In this document: piece by piece, positions 24,830-37,300 of the stretch
How positions within the stretch are numbered: the stretch's first letter is position 1
Layout: every line of letters begins with the position of its first letter
Source of the DNA: Macrostomum hystrix
Taxonomy: Eukaryota > Animalia > Platyhelminthes
Direction: 5' to 3'
Assembly (NCBI GenBank): GCA_950097015.1
Contig: CATNEN010000038.1
Coordinates: forward strand, 27,838,001 to 27,902,000
DNA: 64,000 nucleotides
Position numbers and translations under genes: made by a program
The notes under the pieces: model-generated
Told to the model about the DNA's origin: nothing
Databases searched by the model: none
The model's input: only the letters and a program-made list of their open reading frames with translations

Positions 24830-26350
24830 TCCAAATCCCCAAAGATCCTAATCCACAGAGATCCCAATCCCAGAGATCCCAATCCCCAAAGACTCAATCC
24901 CCCAAGATCCTAATCACCAGAGATCCCAATCCTCAGAGATCCCAATCCCCAAAGACTCAATCCCCCAAGATCCTAATCACCAGAGATCCCAATCCTCAGA
25001 GATCCCAATCCCCAAAGACTCAATCCCCCAAGATCCTAATCACCAGAGATCCCAATCCTCAGAGATCCCAATCCTCAGAGATCCCAATCCTCAGAGATCC
25101 CAATCCTCAGAGATCCCAATCCCCCAAGATCCTAATCACCAGAGATCCCAATCCTCAGAGATCCCAATCCTCAGAGATCCCAATCCTCAGAGATCCCAAT
25201 CCCCAAAGACTCAATCCCCCAAGATCCTAATCACCAGAGATCCCAATCCTCAGAGATCCCAATCCCCAAAGACTCAATCCCCCAAGATCCTAATCACCAG
25301 AGATCCCAATCCTCAGAGATCCCAATCCCCAAAGACTCAATCCCCCAAGATCCTAATCACCAGAGATCCCAATCCTCAGAGATCCCAATCCTCAGAGATC
25401 CCAATCCTCAGAGATCCCAATCCTCAGAGATCCCAATCCCCAGTGATCCCAATCCCCAAAGACTCAATCCCCCAAGATCCTAATCACCAGAGATCCCAAT
25501 CCTCAGAGATCCCAATCCTCAGAGATCCCAATCCCCCAAGATCCTAATCACCAGAGATCCCAATCCTCAGAGATCCCAATCCTCAGAGATCCCAATCCCC
25601 AAAGACTCAATCCCCCAAGATCCTAATCACCAGAGATCCCAATCCTCAGAGATCCCAATCCCCAAAGACTCAATCCCCCAAGATCCTAATCACCAGAGAT
25701 CCCAATCCTCAGAGATCCCAATCCCCAAAGACTCAATCCCCCAAGATCCTAATCACCAGAGATCCCAATCCTCAGAGATCCCAATCCTCAGAGATCCCAA
25801 TCCTCAGAGATCCCAATCCTCAGAGATCCCAATCCCCCAAGATCCTAATCACCAGAGATCCCAATCCTCAGAGATCCCAATCCTCAGAGATCCCAATCCT
25901 CAGAGATCCCAATCCTCAGAGATCCCAATCCTCAGAGATCCCAATCCTCAGAGATCCCAATCCCCAAAGACTCAATCCCCCAAGATCCTAATCACCAGAG
26001 ATCCCAATCCTCAGAGATCCCAATCCTCAGAGATCCCAATCCTCAGAGATCCCAATCCTCAGAGATCCCAATCCTCAGAGATCCCAATCCTCAGAGATCC
26101 CAATCCCCAAAGACTCAATCCCCCAAGATCCTAATCACCAGAGATCCCAATCCTCAGAGATCCCAATCCTCAGAGATCCCAATCCTCAGAGATCCCAATC
26201 CTCAGAGATCCCAATCCCCAGTGATCCCAATCCCCAAACATACCGATCCTCAAACAATCTCAACCCCCAACGATATAAAAGATCCCAATCCTTCAAGATC
26301 TTAATCCCTAAATATCCCAATTCCCGAACATCCCAATCCCTAAAGATTAA
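24830..26350. repeat. 16-bp-based satellite (agagatcccaatcctc) with higher-order units
   Basis: Tandem units. Confidence 0.96.
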
Positions 26351-26889
26351 AATCCCGAAGAAACCCCAATCCTCCCTCACATCTCCCAAATTTAAGCCAG
26401 GTTTGACCTTGAAATTTTCCTTCTTAACGAAATCATTGAACGAATGAACTTTCAAGTCATAACAGTCACAATTCAAACCTACTCTTCCACAGATGTAGAT
26501 GCAAATAAGAAGCTATAAAAATGAGATTTTAGTGGGTGTGGCTATTACTAATGCATCGTTGGCCTCTCCCCTCCCCATGTCTTTAATGCCTTCCTTCTTC
26601 TCTAGCCGTATTAATCCCAAATCCTCAAATATCCTCTCTGATTCTGTTAGAGCTGACAGGGTTGCATTAGTGAGCAAGAGCTCCTTAAAATTATTGATTT
26701 ACACGCGCGTGCCATTGTTAAGCACTAGCCTGAGGACATACAGAATAATCCCATTCTGTTTTAATCTCCAGCGGTTGCTGGGACCACCGCTTCCGCGAGC
26801 TGAAGGCCGCCTGGATGCACTATTTTTCTGCGGGAATCATTTTTCCATGGCGAAGAATGCCAGCTGATACAAATTCTTTTTACATTAAA

Positions 26890-27100
26890 AAATCCCATCT
26901 CATACTTAAATCCTATCACACACTGAAATCCCATCTCATATTGAAATCCCATCTGATATTGAAATCCCATCTCATATTGAAATCCCATCTCATACCGAAA
27001 TCCCATCTCATACTGAAATTCCATTTCATACTGAAATCCCATATCATACTGAAATCCCATCTCATATTAAAATCCCATCTCGTTTATGAAATCCCATCGA
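26890..27100. repeat. 18-bp repeat (gaaatcccatctcatatt)
   Basis: About 10 units. Confidence 0.9.
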
Positions 27101-27752
27101 AAATTCCCAACGAATTTTGTTGTTAAGTATGTTAGGAAAATATTTAGGAAACACTAGCGAAAATCCCCCTGCAGCTCCATAAAGTTTCAACGCGCCGAAT
27201 GCATGAAGAGAAGCTCATTGCTTTTCGCTTCAGGGAACAAACTGCAGGCCAGCAACCTCGCATCCAGTCGCGCCAGTGACCCAATTACCGGTAATCTTGG
27301 CAACGCGCCCGGCACCCCCGATACCTGAGGCCAGAGGCTCAAAAATGTGTGCTCAGAAAAGTGACAGGCCAACATTTTTTTCTTCTATAAAACTCCTCGT
27401 CTGGAAATTATCATATGACATTAGTTTTGCGCTGCCTACCTTACGAAAAAGCCAGGTAGGTTATTAGGCTGAGAGAGCACGCGCGTGATAACAGGGCCCT
27501 AGAAATCCTTAGCCAAGACTAGACGGAGATAGGAGAGAGCGAGAGGAAGCCCTATTAGCCTCCTACCCCATTTCGCTCCCCCAACCCACACAGGAAAGGC
27601 AGGGGGAAAAATGATGAAGGAGAAGTTGAGGAAGAGCCGGGAGTCGGGTGACTCCACCTCCACCCCCTGCTCGCGGCGGGGTTGGCTGAGCTCTACGGGG
27701 ACATGCTCAACGAGAGGTTGCCGGCCTTCGCAGCCACAGCCGCAGCAGACGA

Positions 27753-27789
<37 letters not shown>

Positions 27790-28083
27790 GCAGCCGTCAC
27801 TTCTCTTTTGGCCGCCTCAGGAGAGAAATTCCTGAGAGCTGAAGGTGGTTCGCTCGAACCAACGCCCACCTCAAGCCTCTCTCCTCCCCAATTTTTTTAG
27901 CGAAAGAGGATTAAAAAACTCCCTAAGTGCTCCCCCGAACTCCGGAATGCGATTTTGATTTTCTCAGATTTATTTTCTGTTCTTATTTCTTTTCAAAAGG
28001 AATCTTAAACCCAGGGAAAATCAGGAATCCGGCATTATTAGTTTGTTTAAAGATTTTAGGGATTAATTTTTCTCCCAGCAGCA

Positions 28084-31000
28084 ATGAGCGGCAAGCCAAG
28101 GCGGAAGGTCTCCGCTCCAAGCGGCCCCGTGTCGTCGGTTCTTAGCGGCCTGTTTCACTTTCAGCGGACTACCCCGGTGCCGCCACAGTCTGGACACGTC
28201 GGTGGCGGTGTTGGCACTTCGGCCACATCGCCGTTGCCACCGAGGCGACGGTGGGCGCGTCAAAGCGACGCGTCCTCGCTGACCGGAGCTGCCGCCGCAG
28301 CCGCCGCGGCCGCATCAGCTGGCGACGTTGGCGACGACGCAACATCCGGACGGTCCGGTTCAAGTGACGAAGCCCAATTAGAAAAAGACGACGACGTTGA
28401 ACAGGTTCAACAGCAGTCTGGGAGGCTGCTGGGAAAGCCGCCGATTCATCGGAGCCAGTCAACTGGAGACTCCAGAGCCGTTGTCGCCGCCGCCGCCGCC
28501 GCCACTGCTTCCAAAGGTCCCTCAGACGGATCCTGTGCGTCCAACTCAAGCTCAAGTCGCCAGGTAGGAAGCAAATCAATATTTATTGAATACTCTTAAA
28601 TTTTTGTTTATGATTACTCATCAAAAATGGTGATCAAACTTAATTACTCTTTTGAATAAAGAAACTTTTCAATTCAAAAAATAAAAAGCTGACAGAAGCA
28701 CGTGATTCAGCGGTCGATTGTACACCTCAATGTACATTTGATTCCCAAAAGGCGGTTAGATAGAGTAAGAAAGAATGTACACTTGAACAGAGGGTTAGAA
28801 AGAATGTACACTTGAACAGAGGGTTAGAAAGAATGTACACTAGAACAGAGGGTTAGAAAGAATGTACACTTGAACAGAGGGTTAGAAAGAATGTACACTA
28901 GAACAGAGGGTTAGAAAGAATGTACACTAGAACAGAGGGTTAGAAAGAATGTACACTTGAACAGAGGGTTAGAAAGAATGTACACTAGAACAGAGGGTTA
29001 GAAAGAATGTACACTTGAACAGAGGGTTAGAAAGAATGTACACTTGAACAGAGGGTTAGAAAGAATGTACACTTTAATGAAAAGAGCTAAAAAACTAAAG
29101 AAAATTATTTTTTTCCTGGATATTAGCCATCAAACATTCTTCTACAAACCACAGAGGTACAAGAAGCACCAGGAGGCTGGCGCCGACAGCTTCTGCGCCA
29201 GCGGCGGCAGCAACAGTGGCGTCTACGAAGGCGGCGACGATCACCGGCTCTCCTCGTGCGATTTGAGCCGACGAAAGAAAAAAAGCATGTTAGTGATTGC
29301 AGATTGAAAACTGCTTGTACTTTTTCACCCCTCTCGGTCGCCTACCTATCTACCTCTCACTCTACCGATCTACCTCTCACTCTACCGATCTACCTCTCAC
29401 TCTACTGATCTACCTCTCACTCTACTTATCTCCTCTCACTCTACCCATCTAACTCTCACTCTACTTATCTCCTCTCACTCTACTTATCTCCTCTCACTCT
29501 ACTTATCTCCTCTCACTCTACCCATCTAACTCTCACTCTACTTATCTCCTCTCACTCTACCCATCTAATCTTTCACTTTAAATATCTACCTCTCAGTCTA
29601 CATATCTACCTATAGTCGACCTATCTACCCATCAGTCTACGTACCAATCTACTCCTCACTCTACATATCTAACTCTCACTGTACCGACCTACCACTCATT
29701 CTACTTATCTACCTCTCACTCTACCCTCTCACTCTAGCTATCTATCTCTCACTCCATTTCTCTCTCTTACTCTGCCACAGTTCCTACTAGGAGTTTGCTA
29801 CACGCATCGGGCAAGGTCCCACATTTTCTAGGTATTAGATTACTTGGTCCGTATCTATAGGGGAAGTTCTGACCTGCAGTCTTGTTTAAACATACGGGCA
29901 TTTAGCCAAACTAATAGTATTCTAACGGGGCCAGCTATAATGTAAGAACTACATATAATAGAGGATAATGTTGCAAAGGAAACAAAATTAATCCCCTTCA
30001 CAATGCACTAGTATAGATAATATTAGCTTAGAAGATTTGCATTGTGACTTGGCATGCTTTGTAGAACGCACTTCCTACACATCTTAAAATTCCTAAATCC
30101 CTGCAGCTACCCAGTACAAAAAACACAAAAACACAAAAAATACAAAAAACACGTAAGAGTGTTTTTTTCCTAGGCCAGAAGAGCAAGGCCTTGAAAATCC
30201 TTTGGAGGCATCAAATTTCTATGCAAATCAAAAGACTGCTATAGCTAGTAAAATGGCGTACTGTAGAGCTCGCAAATAGGATATATTATAATGTTAGAAT
30301 TTGGACTGCTAAACCTCATGAACTAATGCTAAACGCAGTAGGGTGAGAGACAGTAGGGTGAGAGACAGTAGGGTGAGAGAGAGTAGGGTGAGAGACAGTA
30401 GGGTGAGAGACAGTAGGGTGAGAGACAGTAGGGTGAGAGACAGTAGGGTGAGAGAGAGAGTAGGGTGAGAGAGAGTAGGGTGAGAGACAGTAGGGTGAGA
30501 GAGAGAGTAGGGTGAGAGACAGTAGGGTGAGAGAGAGAGCAGGGTGAGAGAGAGTAGGGTGAGAGACAGTAGGGTGAGAGAGAGAGTAGGGTGAGAGACA
30601 GTAGGGTGAGAGAGAGTAGGGTTAGAGAGAGTAGGGTGAGAGAGACCAGGGTGAGAGACAGTAGGGTGAGAGAGAGAGTAGGGTGAGAGACAGTAGGGTG
30701 AGAGAGAGTAGGGTGAGAGAGAGAGTAGGGTGAGAGACAGTAGGGTGAGAGAGAGAGCAGGGTGAGAGAGAGTAGGGTGAGAGACAGTAGGGTGAGAGAG
30801 AGAGTAGGGTGAGAGACAGTAGGGTGAGAGAGAGTAGGGTTAGAGAGAGTAGGGTGAGAGAGACCAGGGTGAGAGACAGTAGGGTGAGAGAGAGTAGGGT
30901 GAGAGAGAGCAGGGTGTGAGAGAGCAGCAGTCAAACATCCCCAATAAGCACATTTGATGCATGCACAGCCGCAGAGTACTAACAAATGTAAGTACAAAAC

Positions 31001-31326
31001 TGCGGATGGAGAAATTTGGGGTGGGCAACGCATTGGGCAGGAAATCTGCTTGAGGAATAGACAAAAATTGTGCGAGAGGGAGAGTGGGAGAGCAGAGGGG
31101 GTAGGATTGATGGAGCTGAGGGCCCCAAATGCGAGTAGAAAACACGTGTTTTGTGTTAGCAGCGAGCCAAACGCTGCAGGAAAAAGAAAGATTTTATCAG
31201 ACACACACACACACACACAAACACACATACTCATATGTTCTTTCTCTCTCAATTCTCTTGATTTGTGATGGGGGATGGAGAGTAAAGGGGAACGGAATTT
31301 TAGCCCACTTGGAGTGACAAGGATTG

Positions 31327-31369
<43 letters not shown>

Positions 31370-34300
31370 GCTTCTCTGACGATATCAATCGGTCTAGGGT
31401 TATTTTGGGGTGGTAGCTCTGACGGGGGGTAGAGATGGATGGTTGACTCTAACTAATGCGATATAAATCGTGCTAATTGGATACTGAGAAAGGGCTTTGT
31501 AAGAGATTAATCTTGAGCGCACTGAAACTATATAAAGCTCAATCGTGCTCAAAAACGCCTTGAAAAGATTGCTAGCTGATTTGTTTGGAAAAATCATGTC
31601 GGCCCAATGTCCGGATCATAACAACTCCAGAGGCGAAAAGTTCAGCTTCCTGTCTTGGAAGAACCAGACCGGCTCTGGCGGTGTTGGTCACGTGGCCGAC
31701 CTATTCACAGCGTCGAGCTCCAGCGTGAGACCTACTCACGATCAAGTGGTTCGATGGGCCAGCTCGTTCGATAGCCTGCTGAATGACAAATGTAAGTGCT
31801 CCAGCACTGGGTTGAGCGGCTTGGACAGAAATGGACAGACATTGCGGAATGGGAAATAGTAGAATTACTGAAGAAAAGGTGGATAAGGTAGACTTCACTG
31901 ATTAATGAGAAAATTAGAATGAGAGAAAATTGTAGACACCCTGAAGGACGGGAGGAGATGAAATGGTAGACACCCTGAAGGATAGGAGGAGATGAAATGG
32001 TAGACACCCTGAAGGATAGGAGGAGATGAAATGGTAGACACCCTGAAGAATAGGAGGAGATGAAATGGTAGACACCCTGAAGGATGGGAGGAGATGAAAT
32101 GGTCGACGCCCTCAAGGACTGGAGGAGAGGAAATCGTTGAACACCCTGAAGGATAGGAGGAGATGAAATGGTAGACACCCTGAAGGATGGGAGGAGATGA
32201 AATGGTCGACGCCCTCAAGGATTGGAGGAGAGGAAATCGTTGAACACCCTGAAGGATAGGAGAAGATGAAATGGTAGACACCCTGAAGGATAGGAGGAGA
32301 TGAAATGGTAGACACTCTGTAGGATAGGAGAAGATGAAATGGTAGACACCCTGAAGGATAGGAGGAGATGAAATGGTAGACACCCTGAAGGATAGGAGGA
32401 GATGAAATGGTAGACACCCTGAAGGATAGGAGGAGATGAAATGGTAGACACTGAAGAATAGGAGGATATGAAATGGTAGACACTCTGAAGAATAGGAGGA
32501 TATGAAATGGTAGACACCCTGAAGGATAGGAGGAGATGAAATGGTAGACAATCTGAAGAATATAGGAGGAGATGAAATGGTAGACAATCTGAAGAATATA
32601 GGAGGAGATGAAATGGTAGATTCGCTGAAGGATAGGAGGAGATGAAATGGTAGACACCCTGAAGGATAGGAGGAGATGAAATGGTAGACACCCTGAAGGA
32701 TAGGAGGAGATGAAATGGTAGACACCCTGAAGGATAGGAGGAGATGAAATGGTAGACACCCTGAAGGATGGGAGGAGATGAAATGGTCGACGCCCTCAAG
32801 GATTGGAGGAGAGGAAATCGTTGAACACCCTGAAGGATAGGAGGAGATGAAATGGTAGACACCCTGAAGGATGGGAGGAGATGAAATGGTCGACGCCCTC
32901 AAGGATTGGAGGAGAGGAAATCGTTGAACACCCTGAAGGATAGGAGAAGATGAAATGGTAGACACCCTGAAGGATAGGAGGAGATGAAATGGTAGACACT
33001 CTGTAGGATAGGAGAAGATGAAATGGTAGACACCCTGAAGGATAGGAGGAGATGAAATGGTAGACACCCTGAAGGATAGGAGGAGATGAAATGGTAGACA
33101 CCCTGAAGGATAGGAGGAGATGAAATGGTAGACACTGAAGAATAGGAGGATATGAAATGGTAGACACTCTGAAGAATAGGAGGATATGAAATGGTAGACA
33201 CTCTGAAGAATAGGAGGATATGAAATGGTAGACACCCTGAAGGATAGGAGGAGATGAAATGGTAGACAATCTGAAGAATATAGGAGGAGATGAAATGGTA
33301 GATTCGCTGAAGGATAGGAGGATATGAAATGGTAGACACTCTGAAGAATAGGAGGATATGAAATGGTAGACAATCTGAAGAATATAGGAGGAGATGAAAT
33401 GGTAGATTCGCTGAAGGATAGGAGGAGATGAAATGGTAGACACCCTGAAGGATAGGAGGAGATGAAATGGTAGACACCCTGAAGGATAGGAGGAGATGAA
33501 ATGGTAGACACCCTGAAGGATGGGAGGAGATGAAATGGTAGACACCCTGAAGGATGGGAGGAGATGAAATGGTAGACACCCTGAAGGATAGGAGGAGATG
33601 AAATGGTAGACACCCTGAAGGATAGGAGGAGATGAAATGGTAGACACCCTGAAGGATGGGAGGAGATGAAATGGTAGACACCCTGAAGGATGGGAGGAGA
33701 TGAAATGGTCGACGCCCTGAAAAGAGGTGCTGTCCCTTAATGTTAATTAGAATAGGGAAATCGATTTCCTCGTGTAAACCTTTCACTGAAAGCTGAAAGG
33801 TTCCAGGTTGATCGCTTAGAAACTAACGCAAAAAACTTGCCCCGCTAACCAGACGGCCTGGCTTTGTTTCGCGCCTTCCTAAAAACCGAATACTCGGACG
33901 AGAACATCGAATTCTGGGTCGCCTGCGAGGAGTTTCGAAGCCTGGCGGGGCCGAAGAAGCAGGCGGCTAAGGCGCAGAAGATCTACAACGAATTTGTGGC
34001 GTTTCAAGCGCCTAGAGAGGTACGCAACTCACTGATAAGGATTGGGAGATTTGGGGATGGATGGGAGATTTGGGATGGACTGGGAGATTTGGGGATGGAT
34101 GGGAGATTTAGGGATGGACGGGAGATTTAGGGATGGATGGGAGATTTGTGGATGGATGGGAGATTTAGGGATGGACTGGGAGATTTGGGGATGGACTGGG
34201 AGATTTGGGGATGGATGGGAGATTTAGGGATGGACGGGAGATTTAGGGATGGATGGGAGATTTGTGGATGGATGGGAGATTTAGGGATGGACTGGGAGAT

Positions 34301-37300
34301 TTGGGGATGGACTGGGAGATTTGGGGATGGATGGGAGATTTAGGGATGGACTGGGAGATTTGGGGATGGATGGGAGATTTAGGGATGGACTGGGAGATTT
34401 AGGGATGGATGGGAGATTTAGGGATGGACTGGGAGATGTGGGATGGATGGGAGATTTAGGGATGGACTGGAAGATTTGGGGATGAACTGGGAGATTTCGG
34501 GATGAACTGGGAGATTTCGGGATGGATTGGGAGATTTCGGAATGGATTAGAAGATTTGGGGATGGATTAGAAGATTTGGGGATGGACTGGGAGATTTGGG
34601 GATGGACTGGGAGATTTGGGGATGGATGGGAGATTTGGGGATGGACTGGGAGATTTGGGGATGGACTGGGAGATTTGGGGATGGACTGGGAGATTTGGGG
34701 ATGGATGGGAGATTTGGGGATGGACTGGGAGATTTGGGGATGGATGGGAGATTTAGGCATGGACTGGGAGATTTGGGGATGGACTGGGAGATTTAGGGAT
34801 GGACTGGGAGATTTGGGGATAAGAAACTTCTAAATTAATTGAGAGTTGTTAAATATTCTCATTTGATAACATTTGAATGAATTTTGGAAGAAACTATTTT
34901 TTTGTTTTCAAACTTTTTTAAACTATGTTTTCTCCCTTCAAAAAATATAATAAATAGTTGCTAACGAGGACACCGGAGACACGCAGAAGGAGGAACTCAA
35001 TGTCATTTGCGGCCTCATAATAATGTCAATTCCCGATTGATTAGGGAGAAATCTTTCCTAGAAATAAAAATTCTGTTTTTTTCCTACGGATCAAAGAATG
35101 AAACTTAATGCAGACAAATCATACACAGGAGACAGACAGAAAGGCATTGCAATCCACATGGGGCGTGTCGACTCGACTTTGCTAGGAATTAGACGGGTCC
35201 CTTAGCAACTCAATCAAATGAGGCCTCGGAAAATTAATCCTTTTCTGGGCGCGAACCGGCCTACATTCCATAAATGGAAGAGGCTGGAAAGGCAAAAAGG
35301 ATAGGTTAAAAAGGGTTATGTATTAAAGAAGATACACTTTAGGCTAGAATGAAGTTAAAACGGGACCAACTCAAACCCGGGAACCCGCCGTGCTAAATCA
35401 ATTGTTTGCAGAAAAATTGCTTACAGAAAAGCGAATGTTGCCTTTACCAATAATTTGATATGAGCTAACTGATAGGACTCAATTTAATAGAATTTATTAG
35501 ATAAGTGGAATAAGAAAATCAAGCATAGATTGAATAGAATATTACTGCGGATACATGCAGTTAAGTAAGTTCCGTGATAAAAACTTAAAGCATATATGCT
35601 AGATAAAATAACTGTGATTTGATTGGATTTGAAAGGCAATAATACTGGGTTGAGAATAACATTTAATTCCATCTGTGGATAGATTGTGATAAAAGTGGAT
35701 AGATTGGGATAAAAGTGGATAGATTGGGATAAAAGTGGATATATTGGGATAAAAGTGGATAGATTGGGATAACAGTGGATAGATTGTGTTAACAGTGGAT
35801 AGATTGTGTTAACAGTAGATAGATTGTGATAACAGTGGATAGATTGTGTTAACAGTGGATAGATTGTGTTAACAGTGGATAGATTGTGTTAACAGTGGAT
35901 AGATTGTGTTAACAGTGGATAGATTGTGTTAACAGTGAATAGATTGTGATAACAGTGGATAGATTGGGATAAAAGTGGATATATTGGGATAAAAGTGGAT
36001 AGATTGGGATAACAGTGGATTGATTGTGATAACAGTGGATAGATTGTGATAACAGTGGATTGATTGCGATAACAGTGGATAGATTTTGATAACAGTGGAT
36101 AGATTTTGATAACAGTGGATAGATTTTGATAACAGTGGATAGATTGTGATAACAGTGGATAGATTTTGATAACAGTGGATAGATTGTGATAACAGTGGAT
36201 AGATTAGGATAACAGTGGATAGATTTTGATAACAGTCGATAGATTTTGATAACAGTGGATAGATTGTGATAACAGTGGATAGATTTTGATAACAGTGGAT
36301 AGATTGTGATAACAGTGGATAGATTGGGATAACAGTGGATAGATTTTGATAACAGTCGATAGATTGTGATAACAGTGGATAGATTGTGATAACAGTGGAT
36401 AGATTGTGATAACAGTGGATAGATTGTGATAACAGTGGATAGATTGTGATAACAGTGGATAGATTGTGATAACAGTGGATAGATTGGGATAACAGTGGAT
36501 AGATTGTGATAACAGTGGATAGATTGTGATAACAGTGGATAGATTGTGATAACAGTGGATAGATTGTGATAACAGTGGATAGATTGTGATAACAGTGGAT
36601 AGATTGGGATAACAGTGGATAGATTGTGTTAACAGTGGATAGATTGTGATAACAGTGGATAGATTGTGATAACAGTGGATAGATTGTGATAAAAGTGGAT
36701 AGATTGTGTTAACAGTGGATAGATTGTGTTAACAGTGGATAGATTGTGATAAAAGTGGATAAATTAGTGCAAATATTGCTTAGAATATTAGGCTGAGCAA
36801 GGTGCTCCAATTACACTATGAAAGCTTGACTACTTCAATTCCATTTCTCAGGAGTGTCCCGTATTTAAACATCAAAGCGAATGAATGAAATGAAGAAAGA
36901 AATCTAATTTACGACAATTTTTAATCATCTGTTTATTCATAGGCAGTTAGGGATGAGGGGAATTCTAGTCGGGCACATTGTGGGCTGTTGGCTTACGTTC
37001 GCTGCTTGTTCCGCATCTAGAAATTCCAATTTAAATGTGTCTGCCAATCCTAGTTATCCCATAGGTATGGCGTGAGATGCTAGAAAACTGAACGAGTTTT
37101 AATTTGACACGAAATAGGTGCCCGGCATGCTGTGAAAAAAGAATTGCAATCACTCTCTTTAGCGGAAAATAAACACAAAACAGAACAGAACAGTAGAGGC
37201 CTCGAGCTCTGGGCGGAGAGCTGGTTATTCTATGATAGATGTGGACTGGCCTTAGCCTTAAAATAATTTACAAAATTACTGGCTTCTCAACTCTAAAATC

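Noticed and set aside
27611-27900. PolyQ/polyA ORFs upstream of RGS
   Set aside because: No domain and no phase-consistent link established; may be a 5' UTR exon.
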